NCBI RefSeq assembly: GCF_036321535.1
Contig: NC_087436.1
Coordinates: 103,232,001 to 103,296,000 of the forward strand
DNA length: 64,000 nt
From: Camelus dromedarius
Taxonomy: Eukaryota
Reading direction: 5' to 3'
The notes under the pieces: generated by a model
The model's database searches: none
What the model was told of the DNA's origin: nothing
The model's input: only the letters and a program-made list of their open reading frames with translations
Shown: positions 1 through 12,325 of the stretch, piece by piece
How the letters are laid out: every line of letters begins with the position of its first letter
Numbering within the stretch: the first letter of the stretch is position 1
Translations under genes and position numbers: made by a program

Positions 1-1010
1 GTAAGACATAAAGCAACAGTGCTTCTATAAGAAAACTTAGTAAAATACATTTACTATATTTGAGAGATCGAAGATTTCCTAAAGGAAACAAAAATCACTA
101 ATCATTACAGTAAATACTAGTAATTTGGAGTTAATGAAACTAAAAATTCTGTTTAAGGAAAGCAATATTAAGAGAGTGAAGAGTGAAGCCAGAGACCTGG
201 AAAGGATGTTTGTGATATAGAGAGACTACAAATAACTTCTACACTTTACAATACACAGAGTACAAATGCATAAAATACTTGAAGAAACATTTCACAAAAT
301 ATTCAAATGGTCAATAGTTGTATGAAAAGGTGCCAAAAAGCATTTGTTATTATAAAAATGCAAATTAAAATGACTACAAGATACCATGGCACCACGTACA
401 ACAAAATGACTAAAATTTAAAAGCTAGACAATGTGAAGGGTAGTCAAAGATGCAGAACAACTGGATTGATGATGGAAACACAAATTAGTTAAATCACTTT
501 GGAAAAGAGTTTGCCAGCATCTACTAAAATGACCACCTGACCAAGGAATCCCACTCCCAAATTTTATTCCAAGAAAAAAGATCTTTTTTTCCTCCAAATG
601 ATACAGGAGTTCATAGCAGCTTAATTCAGAATAGCTTAACATTTGAGATGACCCAAAGCCCAAGACAGAATAGAGTAAGTACACGGTACTACCCTCATAG
701 GGTATAAAAACACATCACAACACCAAGAGAACTCCTGCTGCTCTCAACAACAGGGATGAGTATCACTGACATAATACTGAGCAGAAGAAGTCCCATACAC
801 AAGAGTATATGATGCTGGGTTCCAACTCTGTGAAATTTAGGAATAGGCAAAATGTATCTATAATTTTAAAGTAAAAGTTATCTCTGGGACAATGTATTGC
901 CTAAGAATGCTCAAATAGTGTACTCTTGGAAATACTCAATAACTTGATCTTAGTGCTGGTTATGTCGCTATACACATATGTAAAATTTAGTGAGATTTAA
1001 AACTATATAT
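1..1010 (+). mobile_element. Old L1 (L1ME/L1MC-like) ORF2 3' end and 3'UTR, highly decayed
   Basis: L1 3' motifs such as 'atgcaaattaaaatgactacaagataccat', 'cactttggaaaagagtttg' and 'gaatcccactcc'; no open frame. Confidence 0.8.
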
Positions 1011-1527
1011 GTGGGTGGACATTTTTTCCCTTTAGCATAAATATAAATATTTTGATAGAGAAAACTCCTGTATAATTTAAATTAAAAAAAAAACACTGTT
1101 GCTGATCTTATCAAGTTTGAATGTATTCTTGTGGATATAAATTCTGCTTCCAATTATAAAATATAAATTTGGGTATTACGTTAAATATCAATTTCCTCTT
1201 TAAAGAACATTAAAAAGAATACTGCAAAGAATTGAAAATACCAAAAATTAGTTTCCTCATTCAAGTTCTTCCTAGAACCAAAAATCAAATTTAACCAAAT
1301 GCCACGAATCAGTAAGAGTATACTATGGAAAAAAGCAACCATTCCATTGTGTTCAATTAAAAAAAAAATCTATTGCCATTAGTCGTAATTCTTTGTGTTC
1401 TCACAGAAACTAGGAAATAAGAGGGTTCACATAACCTTATAAAAACTACAAGTTGCATTATGGGACTAGATAATCGTATAACAATATAATCTCAAGAAAT
1501 AAAATCTCAAAGAAATTTAAGATTATT

Positions 1528-2046
1528 AAGTCTCAAACTTTTTGGTTTAAGCACCAAGAAGTTTGCCCTCTAAAAACTTCCTAAGGACCCCAAAGAGTTT
1601 TAGTTTAAGGGAGTTATATGTTATTGTTTACTCTATGTTTAATTAAAAATGAGAAATGAGTTAATATATCTAATTATTAATTCATTTAAGATGGGCAAAT
1701 AAAATCCCTACTACTTAACATACTAGTTTGTTTTTTATGAAAATAAGTGTATTTTCCAAAAAAAAAATAATAGAAAATAGCACTGTTTTCTCCTTTTATA
1801 AATTTCTTTGATGTCTGACTTAATAGGAGAAAGCTGATTTTCATATCCGCTTCTGCATTCAATCTGTTCTGCTATTACATGCCATTAACCTCTGAAAAAT
1901 TCTACTGTACACTCCTAACAGAATGGGAATAAAAAATGCAAATACTATCATAATATTATTATGAAAATGGTTTTGACCTTGCCGATTGCTTCAAAGTATC
2001 TCAGAAACCTCCAGGACTCTCCAGACCTCAGTTTAAGGTCAGCTGA
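1528..2046 (-). mobile_element. hAT-Charlie DNA transposon deletion derivative (Charlie1-like)
   Basis: Minus strand reads 'aggtcaaaaccattttcataataat...gtgtacagtagaatttttcagagg...acagattgaatgcagaagcggatatga'; the other end is 'ctcaaactttttggt...ggaccccaaagag'; matches recalled Charlie1 consensus. Confidence 0.8.
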
Positions 2047-2839
2047 TACAGATTACTTTTTCTCAACATTCAAATATTGGATTTAGTCTCTTCTATCTAC
2101 ATAATGACCAAAACTCTCTGGATTATAAAACACAAGCCTCTGGATTATAAGGATGAGGAAGTGTAAACTTGTCTCCACCTCCTCTTGACTTCATTTCATG
2201 TCTGAATTCGAGGAACAGTTTGTTTTCAAGAATTGCATCTGAGAATTTTATGGGCCCCTGATACAGAGTAACAAAATAACACTTTTCAAAATGTCCATCT
2301 TGAACAAGTGCCCCAAATTTGCTGGCCCTAATAATTCTCTTTAGAATTTTGAATTATAAATAAAATAAGCATTAATAGAAAAAAGTCTATCAAAATAATT
2401 CCACTTCTGGTTATCTAACAACAGCTCAGTAATAGAAGGAGATTAAGAGGCAAAAATTGCAGAGTTGCAAAATCAGGCTCTAAGCACTCTTTAGAGGGTA
2501 GAAAAAATGGTCAGGAAGGTAAAAACAGACTGATGCAGCCTCTGACTGTAAACTTGGTGACCAGTTTAGGGTCAGCAAAGTCCACCTCAATTCAACCAAG
2601 TATTGTCTTTTTAAACAGAAAAGGGTAAGAAGGTAAATGAAAAGTGCAGACTTTTAAGAATCCAAAGTATTTTGGGAGACATTTTTGGCTGAATTCAGTA
2701 TGAGGTTATGAATCCCAAAAGTTAGATTATAGAAACTGCATCCTCAATAGTGCAAACATAATCAAAAATAAGGTGAGTTGAGAGATTTTATGTCACTTTT
2801 CAGTGACCCCTGCCAAATACTAAGCATCTCTATATGTGT

Positions 2840-3700
2840 GATCTATTTCCAGCTTCTCTATGGTCTATCCCTGCACCAATTCTCCTCTGCAGAATTTATA
2901 TAGCTTTATAATAGATAAATGATATTTTGTAGAACAAGTCCTGAATCCATATTCTCCCCCTTCAAGATGATCTTGGCAATTATTGATGCTTTGCAATTGA
3001 TTTCCTATAAATTTGAAAATCAGCTTTCTCCTAAAATAAGTGTTGCAACTTGCTTGGGATTACATTAAAACTGTCAATCAATTTGAAGACACTGACGTAT
3101 TTACAATATTGAGTTTTCCTATCCATATCTGGAATATCAACAGATTTATTCAATTCTCAAATGCATCACTCTTAAGTATAACAATTTTCTAAGAGTTCTT
3201 GCCTATTAGATATCAATTACTATGTATGTTTCATTTTTTATAATATTTCAATTTTTTTAAAAAATGTTCTAGGTTTTTTGGTTTGTATACACATATAAAT
3301 TCGATTATTCTGTATTATTTTGTTGTAACATTTGTAATATGTGTTGATTTTTCTAAGTTTTCTGTACACAATATAATGCAAAAATAATAGCAACTTTGAT
3401 TCTTATTGATCAGTCCTTACAAATGTATTTACTTTTGTTGCCTTACTGAGAAGGTCAGGGTTTCCAGCACAAAGAGAAATAGAAGTAGAGATGTGGGGAA
3501 CTTTTTTTCTTGGTTTGGTAAATTTAAAGAAAAATCTGTCAACATTTCGAAATTAAGTGTGAGGTTTGTTGTAATTTTAAAAATGTACATATACTTATCA
3601 GAATAAGAAGTTTCTTTCTAATTCCAATTTGCTAAAAATTTTCATTATGAACGATTACTGAAGTTTATCAAAAATATCTACTGAAACAGTCACATGATTG
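2840..3700 (-). mobile_element. Old L1 ORF2 fragment, antisense
   Basis: 'gggattacattaaaactgtcaatcaatttg', 'tttacaatattgagttttcctatccat' and 'tttctttctaattccaatttgctaa' are typical antisense L1 ORF2 remnants. Confidence 0.75.
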
Positions 3701-4469
3701 AAAATAAACTGCTAATAAGGGGCATTACTTTGGTAGTTTAGTAACTTTTGAGAAAATAATTCTAATATATTTTTAAAAAAACCTAAATCTTTAAGAAAAA
3801 AAACCAGTAATAATATAAGGCCCAAGCAGACTTTCCTTTTTGTAGTCTTAGCTTTCTATTTAAATCCTCCCACAAACACAATGCCTTTTATTTGTATTTT
3901 ATAATGGAAGTGCTCTATTCATTTCACTGAAGAGACTTCTCAATTCTTCACAGACGTTTTAAGATAAATTTCTTCTAATAATTATAAATTCAGTAGGTCA
4001 CATACAAGCAATATAAATTATACTATGGTATTTGTTATACTGATTTTAGATACTACGTTTACTTCTAAAATTAATGGCTATATATAGTATTTGAATATAT
4101 ATGTTGGAAAACCATTCTGTAACTAAATAGTTTCCTACTACATTTTGAGCCTGAAAAATCCATTTATAAGCTGAAAATAGGTGGCCATTCAATTGGTGAA
4201 AGCATGAAGACTACTATCCTGTCAAAAATCTTATTACTGCAAAATAAACTACAAAATACCTAAATAAGGGTGCTGGATATCATATGTTTATGGCACATTT
4301 TAAAAATTCAAGACTAGAATAAGAAGGGAAAGAGAAAGACAGAGAAATTTTTCAGTCCAAAAACTAAAGCCAGAACCTACAGACAAAGGTTGAAACCTGG
4401 GACAGGAGACAAATATTTCTTTAATGCATTTTGAATGCCTTAACCCATGTCATCACATGTCTTTGAGGA

Positions 4470-4666
4470 TTAGCCTTCGAAAGTAGTGTTTACATCTATT
4501 GTGTTTCTGTAACACACAAACTGGCCATCGATACAGCTTATGCCTAAGGGTTCAGTCTGGAACAAGGGTGGTTTGAAGATGAGCCGAGAAGATAACCAAA
4601 ATGCATGAGATGTAAAACTTATGAAATATCTTCTTGCATGCGTATAACGATGTTTCACTAAGTGAC
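4470..4666 (-). other. Candidate terminal exon (unverified)
   Basis: Acceptor ttctctaaatgtaacag, then frame (G)HLVKHRYTHARRYF...TFEG*; phase-compatible with 5067-5113; no homologue recognised. Confidence 0.2.
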
Positions 4667-5066
4667 CTGTTACATTTAGAGAAGATTTTCAGTTCAGTCA
4701 AATGAACAGTATGATTTTAGTCTCAACCGATTTCCTACAAACTTGGTGGGGAACAAAAATAATCTTAGAGCATATCCAGTTCATTAATACAATTTTATAC
4801 GGCATGCTTCTGAATAATTTTATATATTTAATATAGTGAAAAATACACATTGAGAGTGTCTTCCAGTGAATTTATTTAGAATGTTTAGCATAGGTATTGG
4901 TCTCATTCCCCATAGGTGATAATCCATGAATTATTGCTCTGATTTATTGTTTCACGGAGGATGGACTCGGATCTTTATATTTGGTTGGCATGTGATTTCT
5001 AAAAAGCCTGCGTCGGTTTCCTTATCACCCATAGAGAAATTCAGATTTAACTGTCTCCCCACATAC

Positions 5067-5113
5067 CCACACAATTCTGAAAATAATGAGCCTTGTTGTC
5101 ATGACAGTAATCC
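5067..5113 (-). other. Candidate 47-nt cassette exon (unverified)
   Basis: Acceptor ttctttatatttgtacag and donor TGG|gtatgt; frame DYCHDNKAHYFQNCV is open. Confidence 0.25.
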
Positions 5114-6629
5114 CTGTACAAATATAAAGAATTCTATTAATGAATGTAGCCGCAGCACTGTCTGCTGGGCAAGGAATGCTTTGTCTCAGAAGCACCTACT
5201 GATAAAGTCAGATGCATTCATTAAGTGTGTGAAGGAGCAGATGTACTGCTGAAGCCCTTGGATATGGAGAACTTGAGTTTTTATGTTCCAAACTGGGCCC
5301 TATCAGATTTAAAATCCCCAGTGACTGAGTCTCAAAGTCTCAACTTTGCTCAGTTTCAGGTGCTGCCACGAAATATTGTAAGATAATTAGTTTCAGGACA
5401 GTTACCAGCTTTTATTTTTAAATGGCCTACATGTTTAATTTGCTCAATCAACTGAAATATGTCTGATCTCTTACCATATTGTGTCAAAATAACAGCTGTT
5501 TTTTAAAGTCTCAACTGGGACAGCAGTTAAAAAGTCCTTGAAAAGTAAATGGCATGCATTCAATTAAGTTAAAGAAATAGCTAAAACAAGTATTATTTAG
5601 TGGGTTTTTAATTAGATGACTTCTATTAAATTCGTGCTCTAAAAGGGATTTCACAACATCCCAAGATTACGCTAGTTAGAAATGAAACCATATAAATTCC
5701 ATTTAACCCTATCTTGTGAGAGCTGTCTCTCAAGTTGGCTATTTCTCTGTCCGCGGCACTCATATGCCCAGTGTTGTACCATTAATTCCCCGAATAATGC
5801 CCAAGAGGTAAAACAAGGTAGTTTAATCTCCGATGGTAAATCAAAGAAACAGACTTTCTGATCACGAGGCACAACGATCTCTAACCCTGCACTCCTGGAA
5901 TTTTCCAGCATCACCAACAAAGTGGCTTGAGACCATGATTAGGACTTCTTTCCCGCTTGAAAATTTCTGAGGCAGAGAGAAGACATTTTCCCTTTTTCTC
6001 CACTGGGAATATTCACACTCCCTCAGTCGATGTAACTTGTATTTCAGTAAAGGACTTTTATGGTTTGGTCTTACAAGTCTTATTCCTTTTTACCACTGCT
6101 GCCAAATTTTAAAGTTTCAATTCAGGTGATATTAAGCTTATTATTTTCAAAATCATTGTGTCCTCTCTTGGGAATTTTTCCCACCAGCTAGGATGAACCT
6201 TCATGTAAGAAACTCTGTTCATCCTTTAAAACATTACTTTAGCATCATCTTCCCTATGACTCTTTCCAGAATACACATGCCCCATCCTAACAACTACCCC
6301 TCCCCTGACAGAGTGAGCCTCTTGTTTCCATTTGCCAAGTCCATCTGGGGCACACATACAGTGTTGCTTATTCTATGCTGTAAATGTGTATTTCTCATAA
6401 CAGACTATAAGATTGTCTTGGTCAGGGATTTTATGTGATTCAGATATTTAATCCATTCTTTATATCAGGTTCTCAGTAAAAGCTGGCTGAACTGAACTAA
6501 ATTATTCATAATTCCCCTCCTTTATTCTTCCCACTAACTGACTTGTTGATTATTGATTCACAGCCTGAGGTACACAAAGAAAGCAAAACACACACGCACA
6601 CATGAGACGGTATTAAACTAGAAAACTCT

Positions 6630-7060
6630 CATGGGATCTTGGTTTTTATACCTGGGTCAATTCTTGTTCTGATCATCTACTATAAATAAGACCAAAATGA
6701 GATAAACTTCCTAAATCTCAGTTTTCTCTTCTGTAAATAAGGATGTGAGGTATGATTTCTTTAAAGCCTTATCTTAATTAAATGATCAACGTGAAAGAAG
6801 TCTGTGGGTCATATGACCAAAAATTATTTACGTACTGAACGCCAGGCACTTTACATACATTACTTAATTTGCTTGTCGCTACAAGCCAATGCAATAATGC
6901 TCTTATCATTCCTATTTACTAGTGAGTGAAGTGATGTTTACACATGTCAGGTACTTTGCTTCATGGCAAATAAAGAGACTAACTCTACAGCTCATACTTT
7001 TAACCATCATAATAAAAAATGTATATATGGACACAAAGAGATCCTTGTTCAGTATGTGCT
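6630..7060. mobile_element. MIR/L2 remnants
   Basis: MIR core 'tctcagttttctcttctgtaaataagg' and 'gccaggcactttacatacatt'. Confidence 0.55.
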
Positions 7061-8799
7061 GAATAATAGCCTCTACTGTATGCATAACTGAATAACAGTT
7101 AACTGCTGAGGGTAAAAAAACATCATGAAGTGGAAAACTGAAGACCTGCTTCAATTGCTTCACTCACAAGATAACCTAGTGCTTCAGAACAAAAATGAGT
7201 GGTTGTTCTTTTTTTTTTAAGTGAATTTAATATACTAATAAACAGGAGGTACTCTCTTTGCACACGTCCAGGAGAGAAAGAAACTGGCAAAATAATCTGA
7301 TAAATATAATCATGATGTGTGTATTAAGGTAATTAAAAAACTGAACTAAACGTCATCATTCAATTTCACAGTCTTTCCACCAGGATCACTTGGCATGAAT
7401 ACCTGGAAAGAGACACTTTTGCCTTATTAAAGACAAAGCACATTTGTTTAGCTACATATTTTTAGAGTTCACAGGCTCTGTACTATGTCTGAATCACTAA
7501 ATCAATTCCAAACCTCCTGTACTTGTTACCTCTGTGTCTGGGGCTCACTCTCTTAACTTTTTCCTTTCCAATCTGCTCCCCTTCCTCACTGAAAGTCCTA
7601 GTGCATGTAGTTCTTCACTACATTTTCTATCTTCATCATCTTTCAAGTCCTACACTGAATTATACTAATATCGAAAAACTGGTAATAGCAAAATGAAAAC
7701 TAATAGTGTGTGCCTCCATGTATTTTCACTTATCATACGCCATTTACATTATTAAGCATTTAAAAAAATCTCTTTTCTATTTTAATTTGCTATTAATCCT
7801 AAGAACTGAGTATTACTGTCATCATTATAGAAAAAGAAACAGAAACTCGATTTTCCATCATCAAGAAACAATGTATCTGGTGTTTGAATTCTGGCCTGTC
7901 TCACTCCACAGTGGAATCATTACACTACTACCTCCCTGAATGATCCACACTCATTGTATTCAGGAAACACACAGGAAGCATTTTTGTGATTCCAAGTACG
8001 GCATTTAGTGCTGGTGACTTAAAAAACAAAAAACAAAAAACTAACAGTGATTTGGAAAAAGAACTCTGGATGCCCAAGTAGTGGGGGGAAAAGGAAAGAA
8101 CTAAAGTAAGTCAGACACTATGAATAATAATCCAGAACCTTCTCTGCCAAAAATTCTGATATATTCCCCCCCTTATGAAAGAATAATTGCCACAGGCACT
8201 GATGGCTAATTTTCTCCTTACCTTTGGTAGCTTTGAAAAGAATCAAGATTGAGTTAACTCAATGAAAGAAATTATTGAAAGCAAAGAACGGGCTCTGAAG
8301 GTTCCCTATTTCTAACAAGGCTACTTTCTTGACTAAGAAACTTCCATCATGGTACACTTTTCCAGGCTATCCCTGACCTTCTATGATATGGAGAGAGTTC
8401 TCCACTAACACCTTCTCCAAGGTGTGGCCAGTCCAGCCTGAGCCCTCCTCTTCTAGACAACAGCTTCGGGGATCACTGCATTCTGCTACATCTCTCCTTG
8501 TACATTTTCCCCCAAATAAAATACATGTTAAATTTGAACTATAGGGGACCAGTCATATTTATGTTTGTGTTCCCTTTGTATGATCCCGTTCATTTCAACA
8601 GAACAAAACTGACTTACTGTTTTAAAATGCACTGTCCTTTTATTACTATTACTTAACATCACATATTTTGACAGCTACCACAGGGAAGATATTGTAAACA
8701 TGCCACTTCCTATGTAAAAACAATCTGCAAGGTAAGTGTTAGTAACATCCATCTTTTCTAGTGAGGACTATAAATTTCAAGGAATTATGTTAATTCTGT

Positions 8800-9350
8800 A
8801 TTCTATAATAAAAGTCTATTATATGCTAGAACCTGGTGATACAGTTGTGATATAAATGGGTATAACCTTTGTTTTCATGGAGTGAGCAGAAGAGACAAAT
8901 ACATATTCATTCAAGCAATGTATAATTACATATAGTGATATAAAGCCAAGTAAAGAGTGCCATGAGAAATCAAAATAGTGTTCGATTTAAGAGACGAAAG
9001 AAGACTTAGAAAGCGACAGCTGAGGAGATCTTGAATATGAATTAAAGTCAGAAAGATGAACTGTATGGGGAGGGGAGTGGAAATGCAGGTAAAGTAACTA
9101 GCTCATTTAAAATCCTCAAGGTGAGGAAATTTATGGTCAAGACAAGGAAATGAAGACAAGGCAGTGGGCTAGAGTCTAGCAAACGATGGGAAAATGATAT
9201 GAGATGGAAGTAAAGATACAGGAAGGGACCACTTCAAACGGAGCCTTATCTGCTACCTAAGGATTGTTGATTATATTCTAAGATGATAGAGAATTAAAAG
9301 TTCTGGTGGACAAGATGATAAGACCTAGTCTACATTTTAACAATTCCATT
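8800..9350 (-). mobile_element. L2 fragment
   Basis: Purine-rich decayed sequence with L2-type motifs ('gatacagttgtga', 'ttttaacaattccattcagg'). Confidence 0.5.
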
Positions 9351-9556
9351 CAGGACGCTCCACGTGGAATAATCGAGGAGCAAGGATTTGAGAGCAGGTC
9401 TGTCTAGCTGTAAAGCTGGGCTGTTTTCACTACTACTCACTGCCTCCAGCATCCGTTATTGTATTTGCTTTCCAAAGTAAACTTGTGGAGTGGAAATAGC
9501 AGGAATTATTATTCACCTTTTTTCAAACTACACTGAAGCTCAGATTTAAAAAGAAA

Positions 9557-9858
9557 GGTGAAGGTGGTCAAAAGGTACAAACTTCTAGTTATAAAAGAAG
9601 TAAGTCTTGGGATGTAATGAACAGCACGGGGACTATCATTAATGATACCATACTGCATGTTTGAAAGGTGCTAAGAGAGTAAATCTTAAATGTTCTCATC
9701 ACAAGAAAAAAAAATTGTAATCATGTGTAGTCATGGGTATTAACTAGACTTATTTTGGTGATCAGTTCACAATATGTGCCTATATCAAATCATGTTTTAC
9801 ACCTGGCACTAATATAATCTTATAGGTTAATTACATCTTAATTAAAAGTTTAAAAATT
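9557..9858 (+). mobile_element. L1 3' end (L1MA9-like)
   Basis: 'ggtcaaaaggtacaaacttctagttataa...gctaagagagtaaatcttaaatgttctcatcacaagaaaaaaaaattgtaa...ggtgatcagttcacaata'. Confidence 0.9.
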
Positions 9859-9919
9859 AATGTAGATGGTCAAGGTCTTCTGAACGCCAGTGACAAAATG
9901 ATATTGTTAATCAGTTAAC

Positions 9920-10150
9920 GAATAATGGCTAAGAGCTATCTTGGGCCTCCTCAGTGCCAGGTTCTGTGCTAAGCGTCTCATGTTAATCACCTCCTTTAGT
10001 TCTTACAAAAAGATTAACGAGGATTTACTCCCAGTTATCTGAAGAGGAAGCTGCGGCACAGAAAATTTGAGTAACTTCCCCAAGTTCAAAGAGCAAGTAC
10101 AGTTCGGTGCTACTTGATTCTAGACAGTAAATTCAGGACCACTGCTCTCT
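9920..10150 (-). mobile_element. MIR SINE
   Basis: 'gtgccaggttctgtgctaagc...gaggaagctgcggcacagaaaatttgagtaacttccccaag'. Confidence 0.75.
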
Positions 10151-12171
10151 TCAGGGCTGGACATGCTATACGAGATCATTCCTCAGCAATACAAAATTTT
10201 TATCAGCTCCTCCTGTCTACATAGACACTGACTGGCAAGACTGATAATTCCTTGTGCAACATTATGATATGAGAGTCATGATCAGTGTTCATAGTAACCA
10301 CCATTAAATGAACTTGCTAAAATGTAACAGTAATTGGATACTTAGTACTATGCATGGAATTTTTCATTCACAAATTACAGGTTCTATCAAAGAAAATAAA
10401 TGAATTTCATAATGTTCATAAAGTGATATGACATTATGGCTGAGCATAATGCAAAATATTCATAAAGGTCCTTGAGCACAAAGGGTAGACTAAGAATAAA
10501 TAATCTCACTAAATCCCCTAGACAAAAAAGCAAAGCAATCTTTCTTAAGTACACACTACTTTATTTTCAGAGTAAGTATGTACTGTGCTGTCATATGCCC
10601 CACTGTTTGTTAGCTTGCATTAGTATGTACTGTTGGTTTCACTCGATGAGAAACGAGCGTTTCTTGCGTCTATGTTTGAATATTCTCTATTTGCTCAGTA
10701 AATGCTCCTCAATTAAAAAATTCATGTAGACATACATTATTGCTTCAGTGCCTACTGTATTACATGACTGGATGTTTGAATCTGCTTAAAATTGATCAGA
10801 GCAATAAATGCTATAAACAATTGTAAGCATATACATTAAACTTGAATTTAATTCAAATTTGTTTAAAGTGCTATGTTTTATTTATACAATGAATATTTAG
10901 ATGTTAAGACAAGAGCTGGCGTCTCCTTTGAAAGTCATCATCCTTCCTGGTCTGGTGTGGCCATCCTATGATCAGGGGACAACACGTCTAAGGAAAAGAA
11001 GTCAACATGTTGAATACGGTGGAGCAAATACTATGAGAAGACCCCAGACTGATGACATCTTTGAGCTCACGAACGATCTCCGAAATCACATTCCTTGGGA
11101 CGTTTAATGACAAAAATTAAAAGTACATGTTTCTTTTTTCACTGTTAATCAGGTTTTCTCTAACTTACTATTTTTGCTTTTTAATTGGCAGAGATACTGT
11201 ACAAAGCAATGTGTACTGAAATACTAGAATCTTCAAAACATAGAAGAGTAGTAAGGTAGCTATGAAGTGACAATTCTTTGTGTTAAATGAACAAAATCAT
11301 CGGGAGAATGTCACCTGAAGACTGCTACTTCCAGCTGTCCTACCTTCTCCCTCACCGTGTGCTGTGTCTGACATGTAGTATTAGGAAAATGTTAATTCTC
11401 ATTTTAAAAAATTAGAATTTAATGGTAGGGGGTCATGAGGTGAGTAGATCTAGAAACTGGGAGATGTTCCTCCTGGACCAGTTCTCTCCCAGGGCTCAGG
11501 AGCCCCACTGTGATGGCACATGTCTGCAGCACGTGTCTTCTCTTTACTGACTAAATGATAGATCTTGGCACCAGCTATAGAAACTGGAATCATTCCTGGC
11601 TTCACAAATAAAATACCAACTGGAGCATGATGTATACCTTCATTAACAAAATTGGGGCATAGTATTCAACAAACAGTCCCAACCACTGGCTCATTGTCTA
11701 TCAATTTCAATCTAGCCAGAGCTATTTTTAACTAGGGAGTAAATTGTTTTACATTGGCAGGCAGCTTGGTGGTGGTGGTGGTGGTCATGCCAAAAGTCTT
11801 AATTAAGCATTGAAGAGTAGTATTATTTATATAAGCTTTGAAAAATGTAGTTCAGTCTCTAGGCAAGTAACACTATGAATTTCCTTAAAGATCTTATAAT
11901 TGATGACAAAAGCAGTCCCCTGACTTGGAAATTTTTTTTCACTGTTTTTTTTTTAAATTATATTTTCTACATTGCAAGATCATGATATATGAACTAATTC
12001 ATTGGTACATGGAGTCAATGGTTGATTTATTCTCTAAGAGAAATATCCAACAGAGTTGAGCTCATCACAGAAAACATTTTCAGGCAAAACTGAAGTCAGT
12101 GTTTTTAATGGTTTACTGAGGAGCATCCCGGAGGGCTTTATTACTATTCCTCCTCTTTATTCATGTGACTT

Positions 12172-12325
12172 AAGAGGTTCTTAACCTAGGGCCAATGAAT
12201 ACTCTTAGAGGAAAATGAGTCCCCTGACACTGAATGCCAAATTTGAGAGGTAGAAGTCATAGATTTGCTCTGATTCTCAAAGCTGTTATCTGTAATAACA
12301 ATCAAAAATTAATAAACGGTGCTCT
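12172..12325. mobile_element. Short hAT-Charlie-type MITE
   Basis: Begins 'gaggttcttaacctaggg', contains 'gattctcaaag'; second terminus decayed. Confidence 0.5.

Noticed and set aside
2116..2150. 13-bp direct repeat ctctggattataa separated by 9 nt
   Set aside because: Ordinary micro-duplication; too short to assign a function.
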